64,000 bases of DNA from Anthoceros angustus (GCA_010909165.1 VJWM01000068.1:1302001-1366000), one strand, 5' to 3'. Positions 49,401 to 62,776 are shown, counted from the first letter of the stretch. The notes: generated by a model from the letters alone, not told the origin. Made by a program: numbers and translations.

Positions 49401-51718
49401 CTCAGCACTTACCTGGTACATTTATGGGAAACGGAAGGGCTCTTGACCAGCAAAGAGCTGGAGGACTCATGGCACCCTTTTGAGATCATATACCTCCAGC
49501 CTAGCCTAGAAAGGCCTTTGCCTTTCGCTCTCAGGAGGACCATGGGAGGACAAACTTCCTCAAGTGTCACACCACCAGGGCCGAGAGTTGAAGAAGTGTA
49601 GCAGTATCGATGGGGTTGCCGGAAAGAGAGGATCTCCCCTCACATGTGCCTCATAGAGACGAGCAGGAGATGCAGGCCAATGAGGGCCAAGTGGTAGTGT
49701 ATTTGGGCCCCACCGCAAAGAGGAGGGCACCATGGTAGGAAGAACATTTCGAGGGTGGGGCTTTCCCACCATTTCTTTTGTGCAGGGAAGCACCTAAGCT
49801 ACCTACGGAGGTAGGTAAGCTACCTCAGTAGGCCAAGAACCCACGGGAGGTAAGCTACCCACGGTGAGAAGCACCTAAGCTACCTACGGAGGTAGGTAAG
49901 CTACCTACGAAGGTAGGCCAGCAACCTACGGAGGTAGGTAAGCTACCTACGCCGGTAGGGAAGCAGCCTACCGGGTAGGTGAGCCGTCTACGGTGGCGAG
50001 GTAGGAGAAGGAACGGCAGCGCGAGGCGCCAAGGGCCGCGCCAAGACAGCAGCCGCCCGCAGGAAGGGGCGATGGAGCACCACCGCAAGGGTCTACCCCA
50101 TCGCGCAGCGGTCAGGAGACCGAGCAGCGAGATGCGAGGGCGCCGAAAGCCCTCAGCAAAAGGCCAGAGGGGTCTGACTTGGGACCCCTAGGGAGAAGTG
50201 CTAAGTGTCTACGAGACACTTAGCTGGGTGGACTTGAAGAAGGCGAGGGACATGGCAACCTCCCTTCTAGCATGTCAAGAAGAAATCAGGGCGAATAAGG
50301 CTCGGGAGACGGAAGAAAGGCAGGCAGGGACCCAATGGCAACTTGAAGCCATGGAGTCCGACGAGAAAGCGGCGAAGTTGGGGAAAGAAGTGGAGAAAAT
50401 CCAACGAGACCTCCTGAACCATCGGCGGGCGGAGAAGATTTTGGAGGGGAAGTTGTCCCAGGCAGACGAGAGAGCCCACAAAGCCACCACACAACGAGAT
50501 ACCTGGCGATAGAAGGCCGAAAATCATTACGCCCAACTAGAGCAAGAGCGGGCGGGCAAAATCCAAGCTCTAGGAAAGGAGAAGAAAGCGGCCCGGTGGA
50601 AGCCAGGAGCAGATTTTGGCTACCAAGCCATCAAAATCCGGGATGTGGAAGAAGAGCTACGAGACACTTAGCTGGGTGGACTTGAAGAAGGCGAGGGACA
50701 TGGCAACCTCCTTCTAGCATGTCAAGAAGAAATCGTAATACAAGGCTGGGAGACGGAAGAAGGCGTGGGACCCAATGGCAACTTGAAGCCATGGAGTCCG
50801 ACGAGGGCGCGGTTGGGGAAAGAAGTGGAGAAAATCCAACGAGACCTCCCAACCATCAGGGTGAGAAGATTTTGGAGGGAAGTTGTCCCAGTGCAGACGA
50901 GAGAGCCCACAAAGCCACCACACAACGAGATACCTGGCGATAGAAGGCCGAAAATCATTACGCCCAACTAGAGCAAGAGCGGCGGGCAAAATCCGAAGCT
51001 CTAGGAAAGGAGAAGAAAGCGGCCCAGCAGGTGGAAGCACAGGAGCAGATTTTGGCTACCCAAGCCATCAAAATCCGGGATGTGGAAGAAGAGCTACGTA
51101 AGACCCGGTTGAGCTTGAAAGTGAGGAGCACGGAGCTAGTTCAGCAAGATCTCCAAGTGCAAGGGCTGGAACGTGAGAAGGATGCTTGGCAGGAGGAACG
51201 GGAGAGATTGGCCAAGCGAGTGACTGACCTGGAGCTAAGAAGGATCCAGGAGGAGGAGCACCACAAGAAAGTGGTGCATAGAATGTTGGTGGTCGAAGAG
51301 GCGTTTCGGCATTATGCCCTACAATCAAACCACCGACCAACTCAAAGAGGCCAAAGATGAGAATGTCGCCTTCATGGTGGGAGAGTTGACGATGGCCGAG
51401 ATGCCTACAAGGGTAGGTGTGAGGAAGGAGAGTGGCACCGCCGAGCTCGACGACCTCGAGCCGATGTCGAGCCTAGGAGCACATCTCCACAATCGAGTCC
51501 CAAGACCAAGAATGAGGTGCCTGCCTTGCGAGGAGGACCTTGGGGCCTCATGACGATGACCGGAGACTCTCCTCTGGTGAGACCGAGGCCTCGGATTTTG
51601 ACGAGGCCACAAGTGGTATGGACTCAGGGGTCGAGAGGGAGAGGGGACCCCGCGCCAAGAGAAGGAGAGAGCTCAGAAGGCATGGTAGGGGAGCAGCCTA
51701 CGCTTGCTGGCTGTGCTT
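46500..51718 (+). mobile_element. Second retrotransposon-derived segment with a paralogous accessory ORF, truncated at the junction with the gene cassette
   Basis: QWAYTNLELIEECF..KNGWKTENIKELKWRLF (~48915-49600) is paralogous to 40370-41000, followed by a coiled-coil region. Internal duplications at ~46700-48100 and ~50205-51090. Confidence 0.55.
49790..49975 (+). repeat. 21-bp minisatellite (aagctacctacggaggtaggt), ~6-8 degenerate units
   Basis: One frame reads as KLPTEVG repeats. Each unit contains the inverted pair acctac/gtaggt. Confidence 0.8.
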
Positions 51719-51723
51719 AGATT

Positions 51724-53660
51724 GACTCCTCATGCCTTGTCACACACAAGATCGGATAACGCTAAGTATGGTTCTTGTGCATGCTTCATCTTTCACACGC
51801 AAGGCTCGTGACCAACCAAAGAAAATTTGCTACTCACCACATTCATGAGGCCAAAATAAGTTGGGCCATAAGGCAAGTGATGATAACAAGGTCATCGTTT
51901 CCTCGATGCTCATGAACCATCACAAGATCGGTGAAGTCATTTGCTCGATGCCTTGACAATTTCGAGATGACCTAAAACACGACCACGATCAAGACGGTTG
52001 ATGACCGACACCATCAATCGGGGACAAGATGACGAGAAGGATGGAGGGAGAAGTTTGCAACTCACCGACCTCCACGGTTTATCCTTTGTGCATTTGGCAA
52101 CACTATCTTGAGCTCTCAGTCACAAGAACGCCACCGTTGGAAACCGCGCAGGACTTTTACCACATCCAGGAGAAACAAACTTTCACTCGGATACACACCT
52201 TCACGAATTGGGTGAGCGTCTGCTGGATGCCTAGGCGTGGTGGCGGGATTTTGGGATCCTTGTCACTGCGTGATACTCGTCGTCGATGCGGTCACCATCT
52301 CTAGGAAATTCACGAAAATACAAACTCTCGTGTTCGCAGCTAGTGAGCCTAGTGGTGGATTCGAGTTTCGGACTTGTCTCATGACTAATGCTAGGTTTGA
52401 AACTCAATGGTCAATCGGTTCTATGCTGAGTGGAATTTTATTGAAATAGGTATAGAAAGGTGGGTGATCGCATCCACCTCAAAACCCTAAACCCCTTTGA
52501 AGGAAGAAGGTTTTAAATAGGACTCTCATTACACCTGTATGGTAGGTAGGAACACTAGGTGTACATATATAGTTTTTGAGCTTGGCATAATCTAAAAAAT
52601 TTGAACTTCCGAGAGTGAATGACTAGAAATGTGCATGGCTAACATACATTCGTAGAATTAGGATGGAGGGAGAAGTTGAAGCCAACTTCGTTCACGAATT
52701 GTTGAAGCCAAGAGAATATTCAATGTGGTATAAGGTTGAAGCCACATAACAAACACAGCGCAGAGTGCAGATGCCATATCACTGCTGTCTAAGAGTGTAG
52801 TGGTTTGCACAGGTATTCAGAAGACCAGCAAAAGTAATTGGTCAGCCAGGGTGAGGCCCTCCTGTTCCATTTGTACATTCAGGGCATTCAATCCTCCTTC
52901 ACTCCTGACCAACGGGCATCTTTTTTTCACAATTTTGAGTGTGCAGCTGCCTGCCCTCCTGCAGGGCACCACACTTTTTGTGGCCAAACTGTGATAAACC
53001 CTGCAGGCATCTTCAGTCCCCCACATTTTGCATACATGCCCACCAGGCAAGTGTCAACAACAAGTTACGAGGAATGCCATTGTTGAACACATTCCAGTGC
53101 ACTCTTCTGCCAGATTCCGAGGTGGCGGCAAATGCACAACCCTGGATGGCAGCTACCAAGACGCAGCATCCGCCTTCGGACCTGTCTTACACATCTCATG
53201 CCACAGTTGTATGGCCTCATGATTAGGTTTACCATGCTTAGCATGTGCAGAAGAAGAAGAAGAAGAAGAAGAAGAAGAAGAAGAATTTTATTGAAGTCCA
53301 CTAAGGACGGATTTCCGTCATGGAACACACATATGCAGAGCTTATGGAGAACCACATGGAGGAATCTGGTAGCATCGCTGAAAAGTAAGGGAATGGTCAA
53401 GCCGTGGAAATGCAAGCACTGCAGGTTCACATTTTCTCTTTTAACTGGCTTGCTGTAAAACCATTGAATTTGGAGGATCATTGAATGGCGGATCTTTGCA
53501 GAAGATGAAGGTTGCATAGCTATGATTTATTGCCGAAGGAGTGGACAGGCAAGCGGAACATGACTGTACTGGCACAACATGTGCATCTGCAAAACAAGAG
53601 ATGGTTCCCATTTGCAACTGACTCGTACCAAGTTTGACAGTGAGCACACTCAAATGCTGC
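51724..53660 (-). pseudogene. Degenerate PPR gene, copy B
   Basis: Paralog of 6412-8300; EDACRVYHSLATKSVVP and LNVQMEQEGLTL. The GAA tract is ~12 units here versus ~5 in copy A. Confidence 0.65.
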
Positions 53661-53847
53661 TAAAGCATACACTCCTTGTCCAGGCTCGATGCCCGCTGAT
53701 TGCCTGCGGCTGAATTCCAGCCCTTCCAGTTCAGCCCCAGCCCTTCCAGCCTTACTGATTGGACGAGAGATGTCCCGTCTTCCATCAATCCTGTTATCCC
53801 TCTCAAGCCATCAGGCCATTCCTACATGTATCATTCATGGCACCAGC

Positions 53848-56068
53848 CTAACCTTCGGGCATCCCTACCTTCACAGAAGAGAATGACGAGCTTTGCAACC
53901 GGGTCATCTCCAGTGACTCGTCGGGCTTTATAGTTTGCTGGGGACTCCGATGGTTATCTGCTGTGTAAACCGCAACTGGTTTACATCTTGGGAGCGAAGG
54001 TAGTTCAACCTCTTGGTTCAAGATCTGCTGCACGCGCCTAGTAGAAGGCCTCAAGCTGGGATCCGGGTGGGTGCACATCAAGCCGACATGTAGCACACAG
54101 GTTAGGTCCCTAGGATCAAACTTTCCCGCCAGTGCTGGATCCGCCACACCCAGAAGGTTGCCAGCTTCTAGCATCTGCCACACCCAGTCCAGTAGCTGAA
54201 CTCCCTGGTTGGGGATTACCGGTCTCCTGCCGCTGGCCACCTCCAGCAACAAAACCCCAAAGCTGAAAAGATCCGACTTGGCCGTGGCCTGCCCAGATAG
54301 GGCAAGCTCCGGCGGCATGTAGCCAAAGGTCCCAGCTAAGTGTGAGAGCGCGAGGCCCGTGGCGAAGGTCTCCTCCACCAGGCGGGACAAGCCGAAGTCT
54401 CCCAGCCGGGCTTCCATGTTGGAATCCAGCAGCACGTTGGCCGGCTTGATGTCCCTGTGCAGAATGCACTTCCTCCACTCCGTGTGGATGTACACCAAAG
54501 CCGTTGCAATCCCTCGGACAATGTGAAATCTGTCTGTCCAGGATAGCACCTGCTGACTGGAGTAGAGGTGACGATCCAGGCTGCGGTTAGGCATGTAGTC
54601 GTACACGAGCAGGAGCTCGTCCCGCTCCTGGCACCAGCCACGGAGATGCACCAGGTTCCTGTGCCTGAGCTGCCCCAAGATCTTTAGCTCCGCACGGAAC
54701 TCCTTGGATCCCTGCCTTGAATCCTGCGCGATCCTTTTGATGGCTACCTCGACATCTGAGTCCCCCATCGGCATTACCCCCCGGTACACAGTCCCGAACC
54801 CGCCTTTCCCGAGGATCTGTGATTTGCTGAACCCTAGAGTCGCCTTCTTCAGCTCCTGGTAGGTGAATGGGCGAGTCCAGTGGGTGATATCTGCATCCTC
54901 CACGGAAGAAGTGCCTGACGGGTCGGAGCTCCTGGCTGTGGACGATGTTGATGCTTTGTCCGTGATGCGAGCACTGAGGGATTCCGGGCCATCCTTCCCG
55001 GAAGATCCACCACATCTGCAACAAAAGAAGCAGCCAAGGCCGCAGCCAAGAGCAACTACCAGCAAAGCTGCTCCAGTTGCAACCCCTGCAACCAGGCCAG
55101 TGCTGCTCTTCTTGACTGCCTGAGGCTCAGGCTCAGGCGCAGCGGCTGGAGGTGGGGTGGGGTGGGGGTGAGGTGAGGTGCGGGTGGGGGTGCAGGTGGG
55201 GTGGTTGTGGCAGGCCACTGGTGGAGAAGGTCCATTCGTAGATGTAGACGTTCTGTTCTGTGCCGTCGCCTGTGCTAGCCGTGAATCCGACATAGGAATA
55301 CTCTTGAACGATGCTGGAAACGTTCAAGCTGCTGTAAGTAAGCACAAGAGAAGCACCAGATTTCTGATTTCCGCTGGCATACGCTGACATGTACACCCAC
55401 AGCTCCTGCGCGTCCGCAGAATAGTCGACCCAAACTGACAAGGTAGGACCCTCTGTCCCTGAGTAGTCAGCGAGCGTAATGCTGTACTCCGTCAGGTTGG
55501 TCGTCGTGGCAGAAGCAATGCTGTTGATGTCCAGCCCCACGTGGTTCGAATCGTTCGGGGGATCCCATTCATTGCAAAAGTCGTCGAACTCCACGGCCAA
55601 GACTTGAAAACTGGGATTCGCGGCAGGGTCGAACTGGGAGTTGTTACTGAGACCGAGACCACCGCCGAAGCTGTGATTAGGCAGCTCGTAGCTAGGAGCG
55701 ATGATAAAGGTCATCCCATCTGCCGCGTAGCCTGTATACGGAACTTTCATGGCGAAGGTGAAGGAGACGTTGAAGGAAGCTTTCACACCAGTGGCCGCAT
55801 CATAGAACTGCACAGGCTCGCCATACACTGCTCTGGACACCAAGTCCTGACCTGTCGTCATCGTGGCGTCGCTCGAATCGAGGTGCAAAGCGCCTGACTC
55901 CAGTGTGCAGTTGCCTTCCAGCCGCATCACCCCGTTCGCTGAATCTGTGAAGTTGCGAGAGAAAGAAAAGTACACATTCCCCGAGCTCACATTCTGCGCA
56001 CGGCAGCTCAACATCACGGCCAGCAGAGGAAGCACAAGGGCGCACATGCTGTGCAGCTGGGGCAGCAT
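53848..56068 (-). CDS. L-type lectin receptor-like kinase, copy B (one apparent frameshift in the G-rich linker near 55190)
   Basis: ORF 55133-56263 encodes the signal peptide and lectin domain; overlapping ORF 53848-55293 encodes the TM helix and a complete RD kinase. Start is 56068 or 56047. Confidence 0.95.
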
Positions 56069-57321
56069 CTCGTCTTTGTCTAGCAGGCCAGGGCCCGATA
56101 CCTCCCAAGCTGCTCGCAAGTTGTGCACAGTGAAAGCGTTCGGGATCGGACATGGAGCGAGGAAGGAAGGAAGGAAGGAGGCAAACGAAGGCCCCCCGCG
56201 GCGAGGTCCGATTCCCTGTCCCCAAACCTTGGGGTTTGATGCAACCCTGGGCATGCACCACATCTACTGGAGGCCGGTCCTGGTGGACGCTGCCCACCAC
56301 GCTGACGCGACCTTCGGTGATCCTCATTCCCAACCACTCGCTTCGGGATGACGTCTTCAGCGTCAGCCCCACGCTTGGCTTACGTTGGCGCCGGGTCTGG
56401 TATCCCTGACAACACCGTGTTTCCAGCAAGCGCTGCCAGGCGCCAGTCACAGGCAATGGCAGTGAAATCAATAAAAGATGGCATTCTATACATCAGTTCA
56501 GTTGTGTGTCCACCAAAGCCGGGACCCTCCGGCACCAATCCTGTGCGGTCCGCTCGCGAACTTCCAAAACGGTGACCGGAGTCGTGTTGTTCCTTCATCC
56601 GCTTCAGGGCTTCAGGGCAGGGCGCTTCCCCTGAAATTTGCGCGCGCTCTTCATGCCAAGTTCTCACATGAGAGATGTGTGGCGGGAGCGTGGAGGAAAG
56701 GTTGAAATGGACGGAGGTGTTGCTGAAGGTGCAGGAGCAGGAGCATCCTCCTGCTGCCTAAGCTCAACAACATAGTGTACGGCCGGATGTGGTTCTGGTT
56801 CTGTTCGAGGATGGCACGGCCGGTTGTGAGGACTGTTTTGCCTGTTCCAGAGAGGGACAGCGAGTTTTGGGAGGATTGCGTCATTCAGTGTGAAGATGGC
56901 CGACCTTGTCATGGAGGCGCACACTCCTGCTCCGCCAAGCCAGGGGTGCTGGGATGGGCAACCCCTGTCATTTTGACCTGTCCCCAAGCTCGGTCCCGGT
57001 CCCGGCATGTGTTAGTAAAAACATGGGACGGGAGGTTCTTCAAGAGTCCGGCCTATTACCCTCGGGCACCGAGGGTTCATAAAAGGTTCGGTTTAAAATT
57101 AATAAATTATTTAATATTATATCCAAGGATTTATATTTTATTATGGACACATGGATATCTTATTATGGACGCAGTTTGTAGTCCGCCGTCCAGTCTTTTA
57201 TATTATTATTTATAAATTATTTATTTAATATTTTATTATATTTAATGACCAAGGGTCGCAAAAGGCACGGTCCTGCTCGGTCCGGGACCGTAGCCAGGCT
57301 AGGCGGTCCCGGGGACTGAGC

Positions 57322-58037
57322 TAGTATCAAACCCTCTAATTGGGACCCCTATAAATGGGAACCCCTTTAAATGGGACGCTTACTCCCTTGAATGTGCTAC
57401 ATGCTAAATGGGAAACCCCTCTAATTTGTAAATGGGAACATGTCTTCCAAACATTCAATGCAAGTACACCTCTGTAAAAGGGAAAATACATATTTTTTTA
57501 AAAAAATAGAAAAATTGAGGAAATCGTCTTATCGAGATTACGTATATTCGTACAGAGGATGAAATATGGCAAGCATTAATTCCTCCGCCTGTCAATGAGG
57601 AGGGTGAGGAGAATGATACAGCGTTAGTGGAGACCATAGCGCCAAGACCGCGTACGACAAAGGATGCTGTAGATAATGCTATGAGGATAGCGAAGATGTT
57701 TTTGGAAGAGATGCACATAACACTCTTGATGCTTTGAAGTTGCATTCTCAGTTGGAAAAACATATTGCTAGTCATTGGATGAAAGCAACTCAGCATCAAT
57801 CAAGAATTGATGATTATTTTAACCTGGCAACTAGAATTAGGTTGGCAGCTATGTAGTATGAGGGAGCATTTTGGATTTTTTGGAAGCTTTTAAGCTCTTT
57901 CGAATTTTTGATTTAAAAGATTTTTGATTTTTTAAATATTTTATTTTCAAAAAAGATGAAAATGCCTAAACGGGAACCCCTCTAAATGGGACGATTTTTG
58001 CTACTCCCAATTGTTCCCAATTAGAGGGGTCTGACTG
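57322..58037 (+). mobile_element. pogo/Tigger-like transposon deletion derivative retaining the transposase C-terminus
   Basis: Right TIR ttcccaattagaggggtctgactg|TA and a degenerate left TIR (accctctaattggga). The interior reads TEDEIWQAL..EEGEENDT..KDAVDNAMRIAKMFLEE/..HQSRIDDYF, with a PIP-box-like motif at 57797-57820. Confidence 0.78.
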
Positions 58038-58249
58038 TACTCGGTCAAAATGATACCCTGAATTGGGCAACCGAGGGCCCGTCCCTCACTTTCCTCACCA
58101 ATTAATGTGGCCGGGTGGATTAGGTCAGCCGGAAAGGCGCTCTCCCAGCTGCAACCAGGGCTTAGGGCATGGCAGGAAGGAGTCGGCTGCCAAAGGCTGC
58201 AGCTCGGGGGCGTCTGGAGCAGCTCGAGCAAGCTAGGAAGGAGAAGGAG

Positions 58250-58965
58250 GCTGCCCGTGCCAGGCGGGAAGCTCAGGCTGGGAAACGGAGACACTCAAGC
58301 ATGTGCAGAGATTATGGAAAACCACATGAAGAAATCTGGTTTGCCCACCCTGGTGAACCCATGGCCTCCTCCAGCCTACCTCCACATGCATACATGCGCA
58401 AGATATGGTTTTCCAAGTATGCACTCGACTCGTACCCAAGTTTGGCAGTGAGATCATGAACTCGACGCCCAACAACCAAATCCTTCTTAGCTATACATAG
58501 TTTTAGTACAGCGTACAACAGAGACTGGGAAATGGCAGACTCTGTCTTCGCCAGCGATCCAACAGTATCAAAAAGCTTCCCCTGCTTACATAACGTGCTC
58601 ACGATAACAAAAGTAACAACACCCATTGCCGATCCTGCACGCCTCCCAGGTTTAGGCTTATCCGAGGAGCTGGACTCGGAAGGAGAGGCACCACGTCCCA
58701 TCTGCAGATCCATGCACATGAGGTGCTCATCAACCCAAGCTGGCTTAAACATGTTGCTTAAGCACAGCACCTTGCCGGACCCCTTACGCCGGAAGTCAGG
58801 GGAACGGGCGCTCTTCTTACCTCGTCCATTGCCCACCACAGGGTAGGGTCCAGAAAAATTGCTGCCACAAGTGCTCCTGCTCCTGGCAACGACCGTAGCT
58901 GGAAAACTCGTCCCTACCCACACTTTCTCGGAAGTGGAAGTACTGGGCTCCTTACATTGATGCAC
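58250..58965 (-). pseudogene. 5' PPR gene fragment, copy B
   Basis: ORF 58312-58965 contains LLYAVLKLCIAKKDLVVGRRVHDLTAKLGYESSAYLENHILRMYACGGRLEEA, a PLS-type motif, followed by a frameshift and stop. Confidence 0.72.
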
Positions 58966-59679
58966 CTGGAGGCTTTTCTTGCGAGTCGACTCCCTAGGCT
59001 GAGGTTAGCAGGATCTCCTCGTAGAATCCCTGTACACACACTAATTTGTTGGGTCCCGCCTGAAAGCCAACGACCTGCAAAGAGAAGAAAAGAAGCTTCA
59101 CCTTTCACTGTGGCCATCGTTCAGGGACCGCCGTCGGAGGTGCTTGGACAGGACTAGGCCGCTCACAAACGCATCCTCTCTACGCGCACTAACCCACGGC
59201 CGCTACATCAGCCAGGCCAGGGTTGGTGGATTGACCTGGACGGTGAATGGCAGTGCAGACAAAGTTGTTGAACAGTGGGCAGTTAAGCTGTGCTCATGAC
59301 ATGGGAAATTGCTGCAGAAAAGCAAGGCTGGACTGCAGAATTGGGCTGAATTTGCTCGTGAACCAATCTCATTGTGCAGTCCTTGCATTCTTGAGTTGAT
59401 AGTGTGCCATGGGGACACTGTTGTGAGATGGAATTATGTTCTGCAGCTTGTCTTCGTGGAACCCAAGCTGTGGCGGCCCAATGGGGTTGGTGCGCAAATC
59501 TATATCAAGTTGACATTCTGGTGGAGGTTCGTGACTTTGGAATGTCTGACTCTTGGAGTGGTCGGCATGGCTTCCGACAAATACATAGCTACATAAACCT
59601 CCTCAACGGTGAAAGGTGTTGTCACTCCTCAGAACTAAAGGAGCAACATTTAGGGGTTCTTCGGGTTAAAATTTCATGT

Positions 59680-59864
59680 TGTACACTGTCTGGCGTTTGA
59701 GATCCAATGGGTGATTGTGTGACCACAAGAACCCGATTTGGGCATCCAATTCGCCTCACTCTACCTGGGGCCACTACTACGTCCAGATCCAACTCGACAG
59801 CAATCTGGTGATCTACAACGATGCCGGCACGGCCATCTGGGCCTCCCAGACCAACTGGTATTAG
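59680..59864 (+). pseudogene. GNA/bulb-type lectin remnant, copy B
   Basis: NPIWASNSPHSTWGHYYVQIQLDSNLVIYNDAGTAIWASQTNWY* in one frame; QxDxNxVxY at 59790-59816. Confidence 0.78.
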
Positions 59865-60229
59865 CAAGAACCTGGAATCGGCCTACTCAGCCTAATAGCC
59901 CATAGGAAGGTGTACACTTCCTCTACACTTCCAAACTTCCACTTCTGAATCAGTTCTTTCATCAGCATATACTCATCCGCGTACACCCCTATCCGACTAC
60001 CAAGCACTCACATATTTTGCACCAACACTATTATTTGCCTACTCCGGCGTCCGCTATCGCTCCCTCCCGCATCCTCCCGCAATCCCTCCCTCCCAAATCC
60101 TCGAACGCCCTCCCCCCCGTCGCTCAAAAGCTTCCCAGGGGAATTGAATAGTCCACTTCGTGAACCCTTTTCTTTATAGCTTATGCCGGGTGAGAGGGAT
60201 TGATTAGGCCACTTGCTCAACCCTTATTT

Positions 60230-61647
60230 CTACAGCTTGAAGTGCCGGGTGAGATGTCCCCGGCCCTGGATTCCCAATGGCACGATTAGCTTATAGTACT
60301 CTTGGGATTTGAATGTTCGATAGCGCCGGGGATGCTCTGAGTCGACCAGTTGAGGAGATATGACGATGTCCGTGTCGTCGTGCGGGTTGAAAAACTGGGC
60401 TATGGACAGCCTCGCACTCCTGTCGTTGGTAACCACCCGGTGTTCGGCACTCAAGTACCTGTTGTTACTCCACAGCTGTATCCAGGATGAATTGATGAGA
60501 CATGAATCTGATAGACAATAGGTAGCCTCCTTGCAGGAAGTGGTTAAAGACAAGGGGACACACCTGCAGCATGTCGCCTGCGTTGACGACGAAGGCACCA
60601 GGGATGGGCTGCACTCCCAGCCATTGCTGGCCATCTTTGCTGAGAATCTGTAGCCCCCCCACAGTATCCTGGTGGAGAAGGGTGACCACGCCAGGGTCGA
60701 TGTGGCCTGGCACTCCTAAGGCTAGATCGGGACGAGGGCACCTGGGATAGTAGTTCAACCGGGTAAAGTACCTGGGCCATTCACTCAAGGACGACCTGCT
60801 TGTGAATTCCCTGCGAAGTAGTCCTTGTGCAGCCCCAGGCTCTCAGCCACCAGCTCCATGACCTTCAACACCAGGACTTCCCGTGCTTGCCGTATTCCGC
60901 GAGCAGAGCACTGTGCTCATCGCATTGCAACGAGAAGCCAAGGGATTGGCGTGAGCACCACGTCAACGGACGCATGCTATTCGATTTGGATGAGCATTGA
61001 GGCGTGTCCGTAAGTACCTGATCTGCTCCTTAGTGAGGCCCCGAAGCCCGCGCGGGACAGCGACTCGGCCCAGGCATCCAGCGTGCTGACCTGATGGTGG
61101 GAGGGCAGCCCCAATCCTCGTGCCACCTGAAGGCGGGATAGTGCGGGATGATCTTGGTCAAGGAGGTGTAGCCAAACGGCGAGTTAGGTTGAGACGCCGC
61201 TATCTCCTTCATCTGGTCAGCCACCATTCCTGGCCTGGTCCACATTGAGAGCTTCCACACCGCAGCTGCGGGCTACCGAGAGCCAAATTTGGACAGCAGA
61301 CGTCAGCACGTACTCACCTCAGTGGGCTGCTGGAAGAAGGCGTGACTTGCCTTGGAGACCTGCTCCACCACCTCCATCGGGAATCCGTGGTTCACTACCT
61401 GGAAGAAGCCATACTCCTCGCACCCCGCCTTCACCTTAGCCAGAATAGCCTGCTTCTGCGCCAGCAGCGCTTCCACATCCCCCTTGCCCTCCGCAGAGAG
61501 CTCCTCCAGCTGGAAAACAGGAGCCAGGTCGACGACCGGCAGGTCCACCTGGAAGACATCGTGCTTGATGCTCGGCCGAACCCCTTCGGGCCAGACATGA
61601 GACTCAGGCATGGTGCCCGCAGCAATAACAGCCTCGACCGTCCCCAT
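60230..61647 (-). CDS. 2OG/Fe(II) dioxygenase (DOXC), copy B
   Basis: Exon 1 is 61647-61318 and exon 2 starts at 61212 (GT/AG checked). Motifs RLNYYPRCPRPDLALGVPGHIDPG, LLHQDTVGGLQI, SAEHRVV, RLSIAQFFNP; stop at 60230. A few 1-bp frameshifts lie in the middle exons. Confidence 0.92.
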
Positions 61648-62013
61648 TGCCCGCCAGCGGACTATCTCACGTCTGCCCGGGCCTCGACTTACGACTCTGC
61701 GGCTGTGGCTGCGGCTGCGGCTGCGGCTGCGGCTGCTTCCGACAGGCAGATCGATGTTCCCCTAGGGCGAATCCAAGATGTGACAACGTCCCTCGAACTG
61801 CACAGGAGTTGGCGTGAGCTATATATGTACACATCTTGTATCGTCACGGCGAGCACGCGCGAGTCGTGGGGGCCTTGAGACGCAACACACGTCTCCATGG
61901 CGTGTGGTTCACGATATGTACTTTGCAAATGGCTTGCCACGTGCTTGCTTGCTTCATGTTGCTTTCTCACCGCACACGACAAGCTCTCTGCGAAGCGCCA
62001 GAATATCCAAATA

Positions 62014-62544
62014 CAGTCCACCCCCCCTAATTGGGACTGGTTCGGAGTGCCTTTAGAGGTCCCATTAAGGGAGGTGTCCCGATTATATTTTCCCTATTTA
62101 AAAATAATAAAATATTTTAAATTCTAAAAAATCAAAAAAATCAAAAATACCCAAAAATTAAAATTAAAATTTTGATTGATAGGTTTCACTAAAATAACTT
62201 TTACCACTTCTCTATATAGTTGTTTGACTAGCGCTCTCTCTAAGCAACATCAAAAACCTCTACCTATCATAAAGGAAAAAGCTTAGCTTAAGAGTCTTCA
62301 ATCACACCTAAAAGTCTATTGTGCTTTGAAATAATCGATTCTTTTTCTTTCTTTTTATTTTTAGTAAAAATTAGAAATCCCATTTAGGAGGTGAAACTAA
62401 CATGAATGTATGTTTCAAAATGTCCCAATTATCATTTAGGGAAAAGTCCCATTTATTACATTGTAAACTAAAGGGAGTAGGATGGGAGGTCCCATTTAGA
62501 GAGGAATCCCATTTATAGAGTTCCCAATTAGGGGGGGCCGACTG
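62014..62544. mobile_element. pogo-like MITE, copy B
   Basis: TA|cagtccaccccccctaattggga ... tcccaattagggggggccgactg|TA. Confidence 0.87.
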
Positions 62545-62776
62545 TACTAGCACCGCGCCTTTGAGAGCCTCTGGCGAACCCGCCCTTTTCGATTTTTCTA
62601 ACTAAAACACCAAACACCGACCCGTGGTCTTTATCACCCGTCATGTTTTGGTATTAATATTTCGTTTTAAAAATAATTCACGAGGATATAATCTCCTCAT
62701 TGCCTATTTTACTTTTGGTTGTATAGTTTGTTGCTTCTTCCATTCCACTCCATTGGCCTTGTGTCTTTGTTATGTA

